Positions 25,606 to 36,905 are shown, counted from the first letter of the stretch. The stretch is 64,000 nt of DNA from Mytilus edulis (GCF_963676685.1 NC_092353.1:26683690-26747689); one strand, 5' to 3'. Numbers and translations: made by a program. The notes: generated by a model from the sequence alone, not told the origin.

Positions 25606-26075
25606 AAAAGAAGATGTGGTATGATTGCCAACTATCCACAAAAGACCAAAATGACACAAACATTAACAACTATAGGTCACCGTACGGCCTTCCACAATAA
25701 GCAAAGCCCATACCGCATAGTCAGCTATAATAGGCCCCGATAAGACAATGTAAAACAATTCAAACGAGAAAACTAACGGCCTTATTTATGTAAAAAAATG
25801 AACGAAAAACAAATATGTAACACATAAAAAAACAACAACCACTGAATTACAGGCTCCTGACTTGGGACAGGCACATACATAAATAATGTGGCGGGTTTAA
25901 ACATGTTAGCGGGATCCCAACCCTCCCCTTCACCTGGGACAGTGGTATGACAGTACAACGTAAGAACGAACTATAAAAATCAGTTGAAAAAGGCTTAACT
26001 CATCAGATGGACAAAAATACAAGTGGACGTGGCCGGGTACATCCCGACACAAAAAGACACAACGAACAGAATAGA
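25606..26075 (+). mobile_element. Interspersed repeat family A (SINE-like, ~470 bp), ~250 bp upstream of SLC22 copy 1
   Basis: Head AAGATGTGGTATGATTGCCAACTATCCACAAAAGACCAAAATGACACAAACATTAACAACTATAGGTCACCGTACGGCCTTC... It is >90% identical to 57183-57440. Other members lie at 28020-28200, 29190-29690, 37140-37330, 41690-41960, 42720-43215, 43650-43990 and 52020-52280. Confidence 0.6.
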
Positions 26076-26324
26076 CAGATAATCATATTCTATTTACGAT
26101 ATTAAAGTAAAACTTGCAACTCTTTACCGTCAGATCGGATGGAACTTTTCACATCTCAAAGTCCATTGGCAAAACTCTTCTCTGGTGCCTTCTTATTTTA
26201 AACTTATTGTAATACCCGCAAAAGGCCGCCGATGGAATTGATGGAAATTTATTTTATTGCAAATTGAATAGTTTGCCAATTTTTTGTCCATTTAATGAAA
26301 TATGACTTTTTTGTCAGGACCAAG

Positions 26325-26467
26325 ATGAATTACGACAAACTACTAATGAAAATCGGAGGGTTTGGCCGTTTTCAGAAACGTATGCTGGCTTTGTTAATGA
26401 TACCTCCATTTTTGGATCCCATGACGTCATACATGCTGACATTTATACTTGGAGATCATAAGCACAG
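26325..26467 (+). CDS. SLC22 copy 1 exon 1 (start codon, TM1)
   Basis: ATG at 26325. Peptide MNYDKLLMKIGGFGRFQKRMLALLMIPPFLDPMTSYMLTFILGDHKH. Donor CAG|GTTAGT at 26468. An in-frame upstream ATG at 26295 is not conserved in copy 2. The conserved TTTTTTGTCAG|GACCAA 10 bp upstream suggests a possible 5'UTR exon junction. Confidence 0.75.
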
Positions 26468-29400
26468 GTTAGTTTTTTTCAAATTGCAATCTGAATGACA
26501 GACAACAATACGCGATAATACACAGAAAAATAATTTCTGATAATAACAATACGAGATACAATGGAGAAAGAAAGAATTGCTATCAATTTCAAACGTATTA
26601 ATGGTAGTGACAGCCGGTAATCCGGTGTATGTAATGCTTATTTTAAAAGTAGGTAGCCGTGTTACATGTAAACGTTTTTAATTAATAAGCTATTTTTTTT
26701 TGTTCGTTTATAAATCGACATTGACGATCTGATCTTCAAGTTATTACATTTCAAGACTTTTTAAACAGCTTATTGTATGACAAATTGATCTTTCATGGTG
26801 AACATCTGACACTTCCCTTCCAAAAATACGATATATGACGTTACGGAAAAACATACAAAGCTACAAAAAGTAATTTTTGTTGAGCGGTCGATAAAAGCTG
26901 CAATCGCTATTTTTCAGACTATTCAAAGAAAAAAGAGGGAGAAAAAACAATTGCAATCAAAATGTCGAATAGAAAAAAAAAAACCAAAAAACAGACATTA
27001 AGTCAACACAATTGAAATAATTTGTTTTATTATCTCAATATTGAGTTAATATGTAAAAGGGTAGCATTTAAATAATATGTCTGCTGTGACCTAAAGCTAA
27101 ACGAAGAATTTAATTTTATATAATAAATATGAATTTAATATTGATAATTTGAAAACCTTTCCTGTAAAAGTTAATGCATTTTCACTATATATTGCAGATG
27201 CCAAATGCCAAACACCATGGGTGATCCATTTAACAGTACTCTAAATATGGCTGCAAACATTTCTGAATGTTTTGTATATCAAAATGGAAGTACAACCGCC
27301 TGTAATGAGTGGGTCTACGATCAAAGTCAGTACAAATCTACACTTATTTCAACAGTAAGTTTTGCGTTCAATTACGTTTTTTGGTATGCTAGAAAACCAA
27401 CTGCAGTCTGAATGATCCTTAATGTACATATATCAAATAATTTGGAATTCATGAGCCTCACATCTAAACAACGACGATTACACAGATTAAATCCATGGAA
27501 CTACAAAGTATGAATCATATGATGGGTATAGTTTCAAACAAACAGTTAATATAATCTGTTAAAAGCTGGCATACGAACGCACTATTTTAAAAAAATTGAA
27601 AACTGATTTGGTTTTTACAGGCTTAAGAAATATTTAACATTTTGTAACTATTTCATTTGATACCATCATATTTTAATTCGTTTTGTTGCAGTCATTCTAT
27701 TTCATGTTTGTTCGTGTCTTATGTGTGTGAATGTGTTTTTTGGGGGGTTTTCTGGGGGGTGGGGGTGGGTACATCTATAAGATAATTCTAAAATGCTACT
27801 TTTCTAAATTTCGTTTTCACTGATCGTTAATGTAAACACATTTTATTAAAGAAAATCTTAAGGTATAACTACAAAAGTAAAGACATAAATACGAAATATA
27901 CAAGTAATGCAATAATTGGGGTTAGGAAAAAAGAACAGTGATCCTCTATAAATCCGTCACCCTAAACTCAAAAATAAAATTAAGAAACTATATAAATAAA
28001 ACGATGTGACGTAAGTGCCAATGTGGCATCTCCTCATCCTGGTCACAATGTATAAAACTAAAACAGTTATAGGTCAAAGTATGGCCTTCAACAAGGAATA
28101 TTGGCTTACATCGAACAGCAAGCTATTAAGGCCCCAATCTGACGGGTGTAAAGCAATTCAAAACAACTGAATAGCAAACGAATATGTTACACGTTGAAAA
28201 TACAGTCAATGAAAACAATAACATAAAGATTGTAAACCAAGCAGTATGCTTACAACGCAAAAACATTATTTGTACATTAGTATTTTACATTCAAGTTATT
28301 AGTTACAGTTAGTGCTTGCATTAAAAATTATTCAGGCATTACCATTTTTCAGTTTGATATGGTATGCGACAACAAATTTGTAAGAAGTCACACGATGCTT
28401 TGTCATTATATTGGAATTTTTTGTGGTGCCTTCACATATGGAATGTTTTCTGACACGTATGTATGCTCACACGCGATCTGCAGTCGTATAGAGTTGAATT
28501 GAAAAGAATAACAAACAACATGGCAACAAAAGTAAACACAGACAAAAAGAAAGCAAAGGTCTTTTAAACAATAAAAAAGTCATTAACAGCACAAAACCTT
28601 CCGAACTTAAGCGCTGCAAATATTATGAAGGTTTGCATCTATAGTTACATGCTATCTGATGACAAACCTAGTTTTTTCTTCATCAGCTGCGCACATGAGA
28701 ATATAGTTATAAAGGTAGACTTGTAAAATGTACATGTAAATACAAGAGCGTCATATTCAAAATCGTGAAATTTAGTTGAAAATCTGGGTACTTGACTTCA
28801 CAGGTCGATGCGCCCTTAAAATTAAAAATCGTTTTAAATGAGAAAATGTGGCCCGTATGGTTTGCAATGAAACAACTCTCCACTAGCCCAATCATAAGTT
28901 CATCATTAAGAGGATTTTTGAGATGTCAAATAATACTACTGAAATCCGGTTTTTTTTTTCTTATCTTATTTGAAATGTACGCCATTATCATATTTGAAGA
29001 CTTGGAAACACAATGCTAATTGCTGTATTGTCTGAAGAGTGTTATTATATTTTAGCCACACTAAAAGAGGGACGACGGATACCAGAGGGAGAGTCAAACT
29101 CATGGATAGAGCATAAACTGACAACGCCATGGCTAAAAATAAAAAGACATTAATTATCGCATATATTATAAGAATAAGTTAATTTGTTAAAATTGCCAAT
29201 GAGACGACGATTCACCAAAGACTAAATGAAACAGAAGTTAACAACTATAAGTCACCCTATGTCCTTTTGCAATGAACTAAAGCACATTCCATAGGTTTCT
29301 ATAAAAGGCATCTAAATGACAAATGAAAACCATTAAAACGAGAAATCTAACGGCCTTGTTCATGTACAAAACAATGAACGAAACCAAAATATGATATACA

Positions 29401-32400
29401 GTAACAAACGAACACCTTTGAATAACAGGTCCTGACTAATGGTACATACACATACAGAATGTGGCGGCAAACATGTTTTAAACCGCAAACCCTTCCCTAA
29501 CCTTGGTCAGAGGTGTAACGGAAAACATAAGAACAAACTATAAAAAAACACACCTGAAAAGTGTTTAACTCATCAACTCGATCAGAAGTAGTAACAAAAG
29601 TTAGAAAGGCATAGACCGGCCTTGGCAGGGTATTTTTACATCCCGCAATAAAAAAAATATACAAAGTACACATCTGAGAATACTCTCAGTCACTGATAGT
29701 TAATTGAAAGCCAATAACACATTATAAAACATTTTGTATCTAAGACTAAAATATCAAACAGAACACATCCAACGAATTTAGTGCAAAGACGTCATTAGCA
29801 GTTCGAGACAAATGACCTTGTGAAATGCCAAATAACAGGTATCGTTAATATTCATATGTATATAACCATACTTTTTTTTATTTGGTTTGAATTTACTGAT
29901 AACAAAATCAATATTTTTACAAATAAAATCAACATTTAAAGACACAATTACATTGTTGATTTTGATTGTGAGAGATAATATGTTTCTGAAATAATAACAC
30001 TAGAAGAACCACGCTGTTTAAACTGATTTTTTTAATTTAGTAACCAAATCACACAGAATTATATATATATTTTTTTAATTCAGATTAGGTAGACGACCCG
30101 TATTGACAACATCACTCATAGGAATGATGTTACCAAATTTGATTAGGTCTTTTGTTTCCTCTCTTCCACTTGTTGGTTTCCTGATATTTGCGAACGGATA
30201 TTTCAGTATGCTCGTGTATCAGTCAGGTTATGTTCTAGGTATGCTGTTTACATTATATATCGCAGTTTTTATATGTGATTTTTTTTTTGGGGGGGGGGGG
30301 GGGTATGTTTAAATGTTAATCTAACAAAAATATGACAACGAATTTGAGGACTAATTGAATAAGAAGTAAAATTCAACAAAAAACATTCATTTTATTTTTA
30401 ATGACGCATTGCTATTACAGTTAACGAAAATTAAATTTTGCGATTCTCATTTACAATTATTCAACCTAACGTCCATTATTAAATAGTAGTAACCAATCTC
30501 ATAAGTACTGCTGGTAATTTGTTTATCTTATTTGTATATATTTATATAATTGTATATGCTCGGAAACGGGCCCTTTAATTGGATTCAATGAATAATCTTA
30601 TTCTTATTCTTATTCTATGCGCAAGATTTCGTGTGCCTTTATAACAGATGGACATTTCATTTCGAAAAAGGAACAATATATCAGTTCACAATATGTAAGA
30701 TATAAATATGTTTTGTGCATATAAATGATATTCATCTGTTTAGATGTTTTTCGTTCTAGCTACAGAATTGGTGGATCCATCTAAAAGAGTGTTCGCAAAC
30801 TTTGCCTATTATTTCTCCTTCTGTATTGGAGAATACGTGCTGGTAATTGTTGCCTACTTTATCAGGGATTGGCGTATTCTAGGCTGGTCAACATCAATAG
30901 TTGTAGGAATATTTCTCACCTCATTACTGTATGTAGATATATATCAAGTAAAATCATAGCAACTTAATAGTTTTATTTTAAATACAATCAAATAAAAAAA
31001 GTACTTTGGACAATTTATTGAAAAGAAGGGATATGGCAAAACATTTCAAGAAACAAAATCACTACGCGTACATGGAAACACAAAGATAAAAGGAACAGTA
31101 CTATTATTGCCGTTCTTCATTTGTCAGAAATGTCAAATTAATAGACTCGATAAAGCATTTAATTGTGTGTTAATTATGATTAAATATAGGCAGAATTGAC
31201 AATATAGATCTATTTTAACTCGAATTTTTTTTAACAAAAATATTGTTAAAGAAACAAGACGAAAGTGCGTTTCGTCTAAAAATTCTAATCAACAGAGCAC
31301 ATAATTTTTAGCCCCTCACACGATTTTCTCTTCGAAATGCAAATCATTATATTTAGAAATACTATATTTCAGATTCCAGAAAGAGTCGCCACGATGGCTG
31401 ATAGCTAAGAGAAAGTTATCGAGAGCTGAAATGATTCTAAAGGATATTGCAAAAGAAAATAATGTTAATTTTGACATTGACATTCAGAAAATTAAGGTTG
31501 ATGAAACACAAGAAAGGGTTGCATTTTGTACAGCAGTCGGAGAGCTTTTCAAGTCAAAAGTTCTAACTGTTCGATTGGCTATATTTATGTTTAATTGGTA
31601 AGTACTTTGAAACAATAACATAAACACGTTTGTAAATCAGCATGTACATCAATCAATTTATTAGCTGTTTAATGTCGTGATATAGCAGCATGGGTGAAAG
31701 AATTGTTTTTGAACGTCCGATGACAAACATTGTCTACATATAAGGACAAGAACGTCTTAATGTGACATGACTTTGAACCAAGTTTTATATTTGACCGACA
31801 TACTAAGCCGTATATGCAACGTGAAAGTTCACAAGCTAAAATATAGCAGCTGGACATGTTACCATACCCAGACACATATTTATGACTTTGAACTGATCAG
31901 TCTGTTCTTACTACTTAAGGACGCACATTTATATATTATATATACATAATATGTTTTACAGGTTTTCAATAAGTATGACTTATTTTGGGATCACAATGAA
32001 AGTTGGTAACTTAGGTGGGGATGTCTATGTTAATTATTTAATATCCACGTCAGCTGAAGTAATTGCCTTATTCATATGTCTTTATGTGGTGGAAAGACTT
32101 GGAAGAAAGAAAATATTCAGTGCTTCTATGTTAATCTGTGGCATTGGTTGTCTGTGTACAATATTTTCATCTTTGTACGGTGGCCCATGTAAGTAGAATT
32201 ATGGACACTTTTAAAAGCTTTAATTGCAATTAAAGTAAAATAAAGACTTCTGAAAAAGCACCGTAATTACATAACTTTAGTATATATGAGCTTTTTTAAC
32301 ATGCCGATAACGTACGTATTTGTAAAGGAGTTAAACCAATGTGAACATTTTCCGTCGATGATTGCAAATGTATTATAGTATGTGCAATTCATTTCGCTTT

Positions 32401-34217
32401 TCCGTTTGTTTAATAGATGTGAAATAAATAGTATAGTTTTCACTGTCCATAAGTGGAGGTGAACTTTATATACGCAAACGATTATCATTTTTATAATCAG
32501 GTACACTTCAAAGCGACCAAACATATACTTGCTTCGAGACTCTGTATCATAACATAATTCGTTGGTGTTTTATTTTATTTTTTGGAGTCAATGACTTTTT
32601 TTCATATTTGCTGTCTATCTTTTTTTAAACGAACGGTTTAAAATGCACAAGCTGCATGAAAAAAATATAGCAAAACAAATGAAACATTTCCACAGTTTCA
32701 ATCTATTTAAACTTTTATTTGCGAAGAAATTTAAAGGTACCGGTGAATAGACTACACACAGAACAATAGCTATTGTATTCACTCAATAAAACAACAGAAC
32801 TGAAAAAAAAGTTGAAATAGATTGAACAATAGCAGATGAAAATGTAGAAAAATTTAGTTTGGTTCGCACTAATATCACCAATTGTAAGATACTTGAAATT
32901 GCTTGTTCCACATTGAGATAACATACTTTTTCGTCGTTTTCCATTCCCACTATTAGCTATTTAAATTCATCATATATTTCTCTGTTAGTTATCAATGATA
33001 ACAGGTGATATGATCATAGATATATATACGATTTTTTTTCGCTATCGTCCCATTGGAATTAATACCTGGTTTTGCATTGATCCAAATCATTTACATAAAC
33101 TATGATAAATACATAACTATTCAGACTGATAATTTTTAAACTGAATTTTACAAGCTTAATTTATAATCAATTCGGCTTTGTAAAATATGACTTATATCTA
33201 TTCATTATGGAACTCGAATGTTAATCCACGAATGTATTAGCATATAGCAATGTAGTTTCATGTAGATACGACAAACCATGTAGAAGGAGTAACAATGACA
33301 CGGTTCGTTCAATTAACATTTCTAAGTTAAAATGAATATAGATAGTAATACCTAAATGCACTTGGAAGTTACACTTCTTTCTTTGCATCTATTTTGTATT
33401 TGAATGCATTTAAACCACATCGGACAAAAATTTGTATGCAAGGTATAATAACATAGTTTTTATCGTATTTTCATTTGTCTACTACAGCCCTTCACTGGTT
33501 GACGATAACCTTAGCTATGATAGGAAAGCTCACAATAACGGTGGCATACTTTAATATTTATCTTATGGTAGCGGAAAATTTCCCAACTAACCTCAGATCA
33601 TTTGCGCTTGGAATTTGCAGCTCATCTGGGTATGCTGGGTCAATGGTGTCTGCATATGTTGGTGATTTGGTAAATATGTGTTTTTTGAGATTATTTCCAA
33701 TTTTTTTTTATGGTGACCCTTTTTCGAAACGAGGAAAGAAATTTTGACAAGATGTTTATATATATATATTTTTAATTTTACCAAATCAAAACCAATTTTG
33801 CTTTCAAAACTCATTTAATTTCCTGCTTTTATGAAATATGAAAAATCCATAAACATGAGAAACATGCTAAAATGAAGGTTAGATTTAACAGTCAGAATTA
33901 TAATAGGAACACGAATAACCCTAGAATAAAATAAGATAAATAATGACAGCTTTTAGGTGACATTTCACAGGTTCTTCATGTATCAATTATAATTAGTTAA
34001 TTTCCAGTAAATTCATTTCATATATTTGTAGGGTGTATTGGTTGATACAAAGTTTGGTGTTGCCTTACCGCTGGTAATATTTGGTGCTTTTGGTATTTGT
34101 GCTGGTTTACTATCGTTCGCCCTACCAGAGACTAAAAATATGCCATTGCCTCAAAGTATACAAGAAGCTGAAAATATTTCAAGGTCTGTATTTACGTCTA
34201 AGCAACAAAAACCTTAA
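26325..34217 (+). CDS. SLC22-family (organic cation/anion transporter-like, major facilitator superfamily) gene, copy 1. The gene-level span covers 9 coding exons, and the frame is intact throughout.
   Basis: Exons at 26325-26467, 27198-27354, 28353-28456, 30084-30238, 30760-30932, 31380-31597, 31962-32188, 33488-33669 and 34032-34183(/34217). All junctions are GT-AG and the phases are consistent: 2,0,2,1,0,2,1,0. Hallmarks are the N-terminal M..D.LL...G.FGRFQ box, a glycosylated loop after TM1 (NST, NIS, NGS), the MFS motif G.FSDTLGRRPVL between TM2 and TM3, PESPRWL after TM6, and LPETKN..LPQSIQEAE after TM12. It is collinear with human OCT1 over the whole length. Confidence 0.85.
27198..27354 (+). 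CDS. SLC22 copy 1 exon 2 (extracellular loop)
   Basis: Acceptor ATATTGCAG|A. Peptide (R)CQMPNTMGDPFNSTLNMAANISECFVYQNGSTTACNEWVYDQSQYKSTLIST. Donor ACA|GTAAGT. Overlaps ORF 27205-27411. Confidence 0.7.
27742..27769 (+). other. G-quadruplex-type motif (G6 N6 G6 N1 G5 N1 G3) in intron 2 of SLC22 copy 1
   Basis: TGGGGGGTTTTCTGGGGGGTGGGGGTGGGT. The homologous position in copy 2 intron 2 is a G18 run at 41600-41617. Confidence 0.6.
28020..28200 (+). mobile_element. Family A SINE-like copy in intron 2 of SLC22 copy 1
   Basis: AGTGCCAATGTGGCATCTCCTCATCCTGGTCACAATGTATAAAACTAAAACAGTTATAGGTCAAAGTATGGCCTTCAACAAGG... The paralogous copy in copy 2 intron 2 is at 41690-41960, so the insertion predates the gene duplication. 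Confidence 0.5.
28353..28456 (+). CDS. SLC22 copy 1 exon 3 (TM2)
   Basis: Acceptor CATTTTTCAG|TTTGAT. Peptide FDMVCDNKFVRSHTMLCHYIGIFCGAFTYGMFSD(T), which corresponds to OCT1 TEWDLVC...GYLAD. Donor AC|GTATGT. Confidence 0.7.
29040..29135 (-). repeat. Fragment of the retroelement 3' tail, minus orientation
   Basis: CTAAAAGAGGGACGACGGATACCAGAGGGAGAGTCAAACTCATGGATAGAGCATAAACTGACAACGCCATGGCTAAAAAT is the reverse complement of the tail terminus consensus. Confidence 0.5.
29190..29690 (+). mobile_element. Family A SINE-like copy (~500 bp) in intron 3 of SLC22 copy 1
   Basis: TTGCCAATGAGACGACGATTCACCAAAGACTAAATGAAACAGAAGTTAACAACTATAAGTCACC ... TCTGAGAATACTCTCAGTCACTGATAG. The paralogue in copy 2 intron 3 is at 42720-43215. 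Confidence 0.55.
30084..30238 (+). CDS. SLC22 copy 1 exon 4 (MFS GRR motif, TM3-TM4)
   Basis: Acceptor TTAATTCAG|A. Peptide (T)LGRRPVLTTSLIGMMLPNLIRSFVSSLPLVGFLIFANGYFSMLVYQSGYVL. Donor TAG|GTATGC. Overlaps ORF 30103-30312. Confidence 0.75.
30289..30303 (+). other. G15 homopolymer 50 nt downstream of the exon 4 donor of SLC22 copy 1. It is absent from the same position in copy 2.
   Basis: TTTTTTTTTTGGGGGGGGGGGGGGGTATG. Confidence 0.7.
30760..30932 (+). CDS. SLC22 copy 1 exon 5 (TM5-TM6)
   Basis: Acceptor TTCGTTCTAG|CT. Peptide (A)TELVDPSKRVFANFAYYFSFCIGEYVLVIVAYFIRDWRILGWSTSIVVGIFLTSLLY. The weak donor TAT|GTAGAT (end 30932) is preferred because LLY|KESPRW aligns 1:1 with OCT1 SWFF|IESARW. 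The alternative donor CAA|GTAAAA would end at 30947. Confidence 0.6.
31380..31597 (+). CDS. SLC22 copy 1 exon 6 (cytoplasmic loop)
   Basis: Acceptor ATTCCAG|AAAGAG; a second AG 7 nt upstream is out of frame. Peptide KESPRWLIAKRKLSRAEMILKDIAKENNVNFDIDIQKIKVDETQERVAFCTAVGELFKSKVLTVRLAIFMFN(W). Donor TTG|GTAAGT. Confidence 0.7.
31962..32188 (+). CDS. SLC22 copy 1 exon 7 (TM7-TM8)
   Basis: Acceptor TTTTACAG|G. Peptide (W)FSISMTYFGITMKVGNLGGDVYVNYLISTSAEVIALFICLYVVERLGRKKIFSASMLICGIGCLCTIFSSLYGGP. Donor CCAT|GTAAGT. Overlaps ORF 31951-32196. Confidence 0.75.
33488..33669 (+). CDS. SLC22 copy 1 exon 8 (TM9-TM11)
   Basis: Acceptor CTACTACAG|CC. Peptide (S)LHWLTITLAMIGKLTITVAYFNIYLMVAENFPTNLRSFALGICSSSGYAGSMVSAYVGDL. 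Donor TTG|GTAAAT. Overlaps ORF 33475-33747. Confidence 0.75.
34032..34217 (+). CDS. SLC22 copy 1 exon 9 (TM12 and start of the C-terminal tail). It is either the terminal exon by read-through to TAA at 34215-34217, or it ends at a donor at 34183.
   Basis: Acceptor TATTTGTAG|GG. Peptide GVLVDTKFGVALPLVIFGAFGICAGLLSFALPETKNMPLPQSIQEAENIS then RSVFTSKQQKP*. A donor-like AG|GTCTGTA sits at 34183/34184. The ISRSVF read-through is also present in copy 2. The tail is short for SLC22, so a further 3' exon cannot be excluded. Confidence 0.55.
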   Translation, partial: GVLVDTKFGVALPLVIFGAFGICAGLLSFALPETKNMPLPQSIQEAENISRSVFTSKQQKP

Positions 34218-34267
34218 ATCAAAGGAATGGATTTCTCAAATGATTCTATACTTTAAACCATTTGCTT

Positions 34268-36500
34268 ATGCCCGCGTCACACTGTCCCGATTTTTATATA
34301 CGATGGACACCCGAATGCTAAAATTGTAAGTTCGTACGAAGTTGGTCCCGATCTCGTTAAAATATCAAAAAGTGACCGAAGCAAGTACGATGAATAACGA
34401 AGTCTATACGATGGTGCCGAAATTGTATACGATAGCAAAAGATGGACATACGAAGATTAACCGAAGACGGGTATTTAAGCTTCATATCTCAGCCGTAGCC
34501 TACACGATGGATCAAGAAGGCTACACGGTGGATTACGAAGGCTACACGATGGATTACTATGATGGCGCGATGGCCATACGATGTCTAAAAAATACGAACA
34601 GAATTTCGACAACATATCGTTTCTGTACAAGTCTGCCATGCATGGCGGGTAATCGATCTTTTTGTCTAATTCTTATAAAACTTAGTTTATTATCCCCTCG
34701 CCTACTACATGTAAGTTGCATGTAGATAAAATTGTTATGGACACTCTAGAACCAAAATGCTCAAAACTTGGTATGGTGTTACTCGTTAAGAATATCTAAA
34801 GCGCTATTGACTTTAAAGTTCAAAGGTCAAGGTCACAGTGGCAGTTGTAATACAAGGCAATATCACCCTTGTGGACACTCTAAAACCAATATGCTTCAAA
34901 AGATTTTAACTACATTTGGTATATTGTTCCTCCTTGTAATGATCTGACATTTTTTACGTTCAAGGCGAAAGGTCAAGGTCATGCAGATGGACTTGTTTTT
35001 TCTCCTTGAAATAGCATAATACACAGGAAATTGATTGCTCATTTTTTTACCTGCTGGTTCTAAAGACAATATTAAAGGTATTTCCAGTTACTAAATGTTT
35101 TGGTTGATTTCTAAAAAAATAGTTTATGTATCAAATATGGATATTCAATTTACCATTTTCTGCATGTGTCATATACAAATATAGTGTCCATATTTGTCCC
35201 CAATATGTTACATACGAGGGGATGCCACGCTCGGCACTGCCTTGTTTGAACTGTAAAATGTGTGCACTAGTCTGAATAATTACCCATAATTATGCCCATG
35301 TTTACTGATCTATCTTAAAGGTAAGGTAATGGGTTCGTTGATCCCTTTTATTCAAAAAGAGCTCTTTCCAGGAGAATATCACAATAATATAGACAAAAGG
35401 AAGGATGTGGGGAAAGCAACAAAGGCGGCAAAATATGACATATAGAAAACAAAATGGTTATGGAGTAAACATTCGTGTGACAACAACTCAGACGATACAT
35501 AAAAAATCAGAATAATGAATAAAAAGTTGGTTTCCCTATATAAGTGTACCTGCAGTGTTGGTGTACGAGGCGCGTTTATTTAAAGGAACCCCAGCATGTA
35601 ATGATATGAAACAATCCAGATGGAAAAGGCCTGAACATATCGCTCTTATCATAACTAACGTTTTTGTCTTTTCGTGTTGTTGTTGTGAATAGAAGAAATT
35701 GAATATGTTCCGACATTGTCTAATATAAATTAAACTCTAAATTCTTTGTCACCTTTAATTATGTTACTTGATATAAAAAATTGACAAAAAATAATATTTT
35801 ACTTGGAAAAGTAAATCCTGAGCCTGTAATAGCTGCTCTTCTTGTTCCATTTGAATTAATAGAAACAACGCTGTCGCCTTTCTTGTTCTCATAGAATCAT
35901 ATGATATGAGCTCCATGTTTTGTGAACGTCTTTCTTAACTGTCGTATTGGACTGACCAGTGCATATCGCGCATGGCACTTTAAATGTATTTTAGCGCGAA
36001 AATTAACTTACATTTAGCTGGATTTATTGCCGTCGTAGTTCCATCTTGTCGCCTTCGTACTTTAATACGATGGCAACACGACGGGATTACGAGGTCTTCA
36101 CGAAGTCGTGTTGCCATCGTAAGACCTTCGGGTACCTTCGTGATTCATTCGTGTAGACATCGTAATGTCAAAACTGCCCGATGGAAACGATTGAAACACG
36201 AATGCAATACGATGTGAAAAGATGCATTCCCGGTGACATTACGATATTGAGGATGGTGATACGAACTCAATACGAACCCTCAACATCGGGCGCACCTTCG
36301 GGGATTTTTTAACATGTTAAAAAATTTAGAACCCTTCCCGAAGTTGTCCCCGAAGGCTAGAAAAAGTGGCCGATGGTTAAAGATGGTTAAAGATGGCACT
36401 ACGAATAGCCCGATCTGGATACGACCAGCCCCGATTTTGAAAATTTCCATTATCGTGTTGCCATCGGCGTAAAAATCGGGACAGTGTGACGCGGGCATTA
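34268..36500. mobile_element. Non-autonomous DNA transposon (~2.2 kb) with 29-bp perfect terminal inverted repeats and subterminal short repeats. It has no transposase ORF.
   Basis: The left end ATGCCCGCGTCACACTGTCCCGATTTTTA (34270-34298) is exactly the reverse complement of the right end TAAAAATCGGGACAGTGTGACGCGGGCAT (36470-36498). Both subterminal regions (34300-34600 and 36040-36470) are packed with the 8-mer TACGATGG / CCATCGTA and with ACGAAGG variants in inverted arrangement. The interior carries a ~120-bp tandem duplication (34745-34985). The element sits ~50 bp downstream of the SLC22 copy 1 stop. Confidence 0.65.
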
Positions 36501-36771
36501 TAAAAATGTCGTTCATAAGATGCATTTAAAAAAGAAAATAGCTGTTTCAGATGAAACATACGTAAATAAATGAGCAATATCTCAAGGGATTTCATTAAAT
36601 TATATCTTTTCACTTTAGCATTCAACCTATCAAAATAACTTTACAGTAAACACATAAAATTCTCACTAGAATAGTTAACATGATGCATAGTATTGAAAGT
36701 ATCCTTAGAGTTTTTTTTTCTTTACACTACTTACATTGATGACTGGGCTTCGACTGTATTTTAACAGCCAT

Positions 36772-36905
36772 TTTGTAAATAAAGGCAACAGTAGTATACC
36801 GCTGTTCAAACTCATAAATCAATGGACAAAAAAACAAAATCGGGGTAACAAACTAAAACGGAGGGAAACGCATTAAATATAAGAGGAGAACAACGACACA
36901 ACACT
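36772..36905 (+). repeat. Interspersed repeat family C copy, lying ~270 bp beyond the right end (36500) of the transposon above
   Basis: AAAGGCAACAGTAGTATACCGCTGTTCAAACTCATAAATCAATGGACAAAAAAACAAAATCGGGGTAACAAACTAAAACGGAGGGAAACGCATTAAATATAAGAGGAGAACAACGACACAACAC. Confidence 0.6.

Noticed and set aside
26295-26324. An upstream in-frame ATG (MKYDFFVRTK-) that would extend SLC22 copy 1 by 10 residues
   Set aside because: It is not conserved in copy 2 (no ATG there). The conserved TTTTTTGTCAG|GACCAA just upstream of the shared ATG looks like a 3' splice site of a 5'UTR intron, so the region is more likely intronic.
34342-34725. A 127-aa ORF inside the DNA transposon as a candidate transposase
   Set aside because: The peptide is low-complexity (repeated YTMD/YEGYT from the TACGATGG subterminal repeats) and far too short. 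It has no DDE/RNase-H-like motifs.
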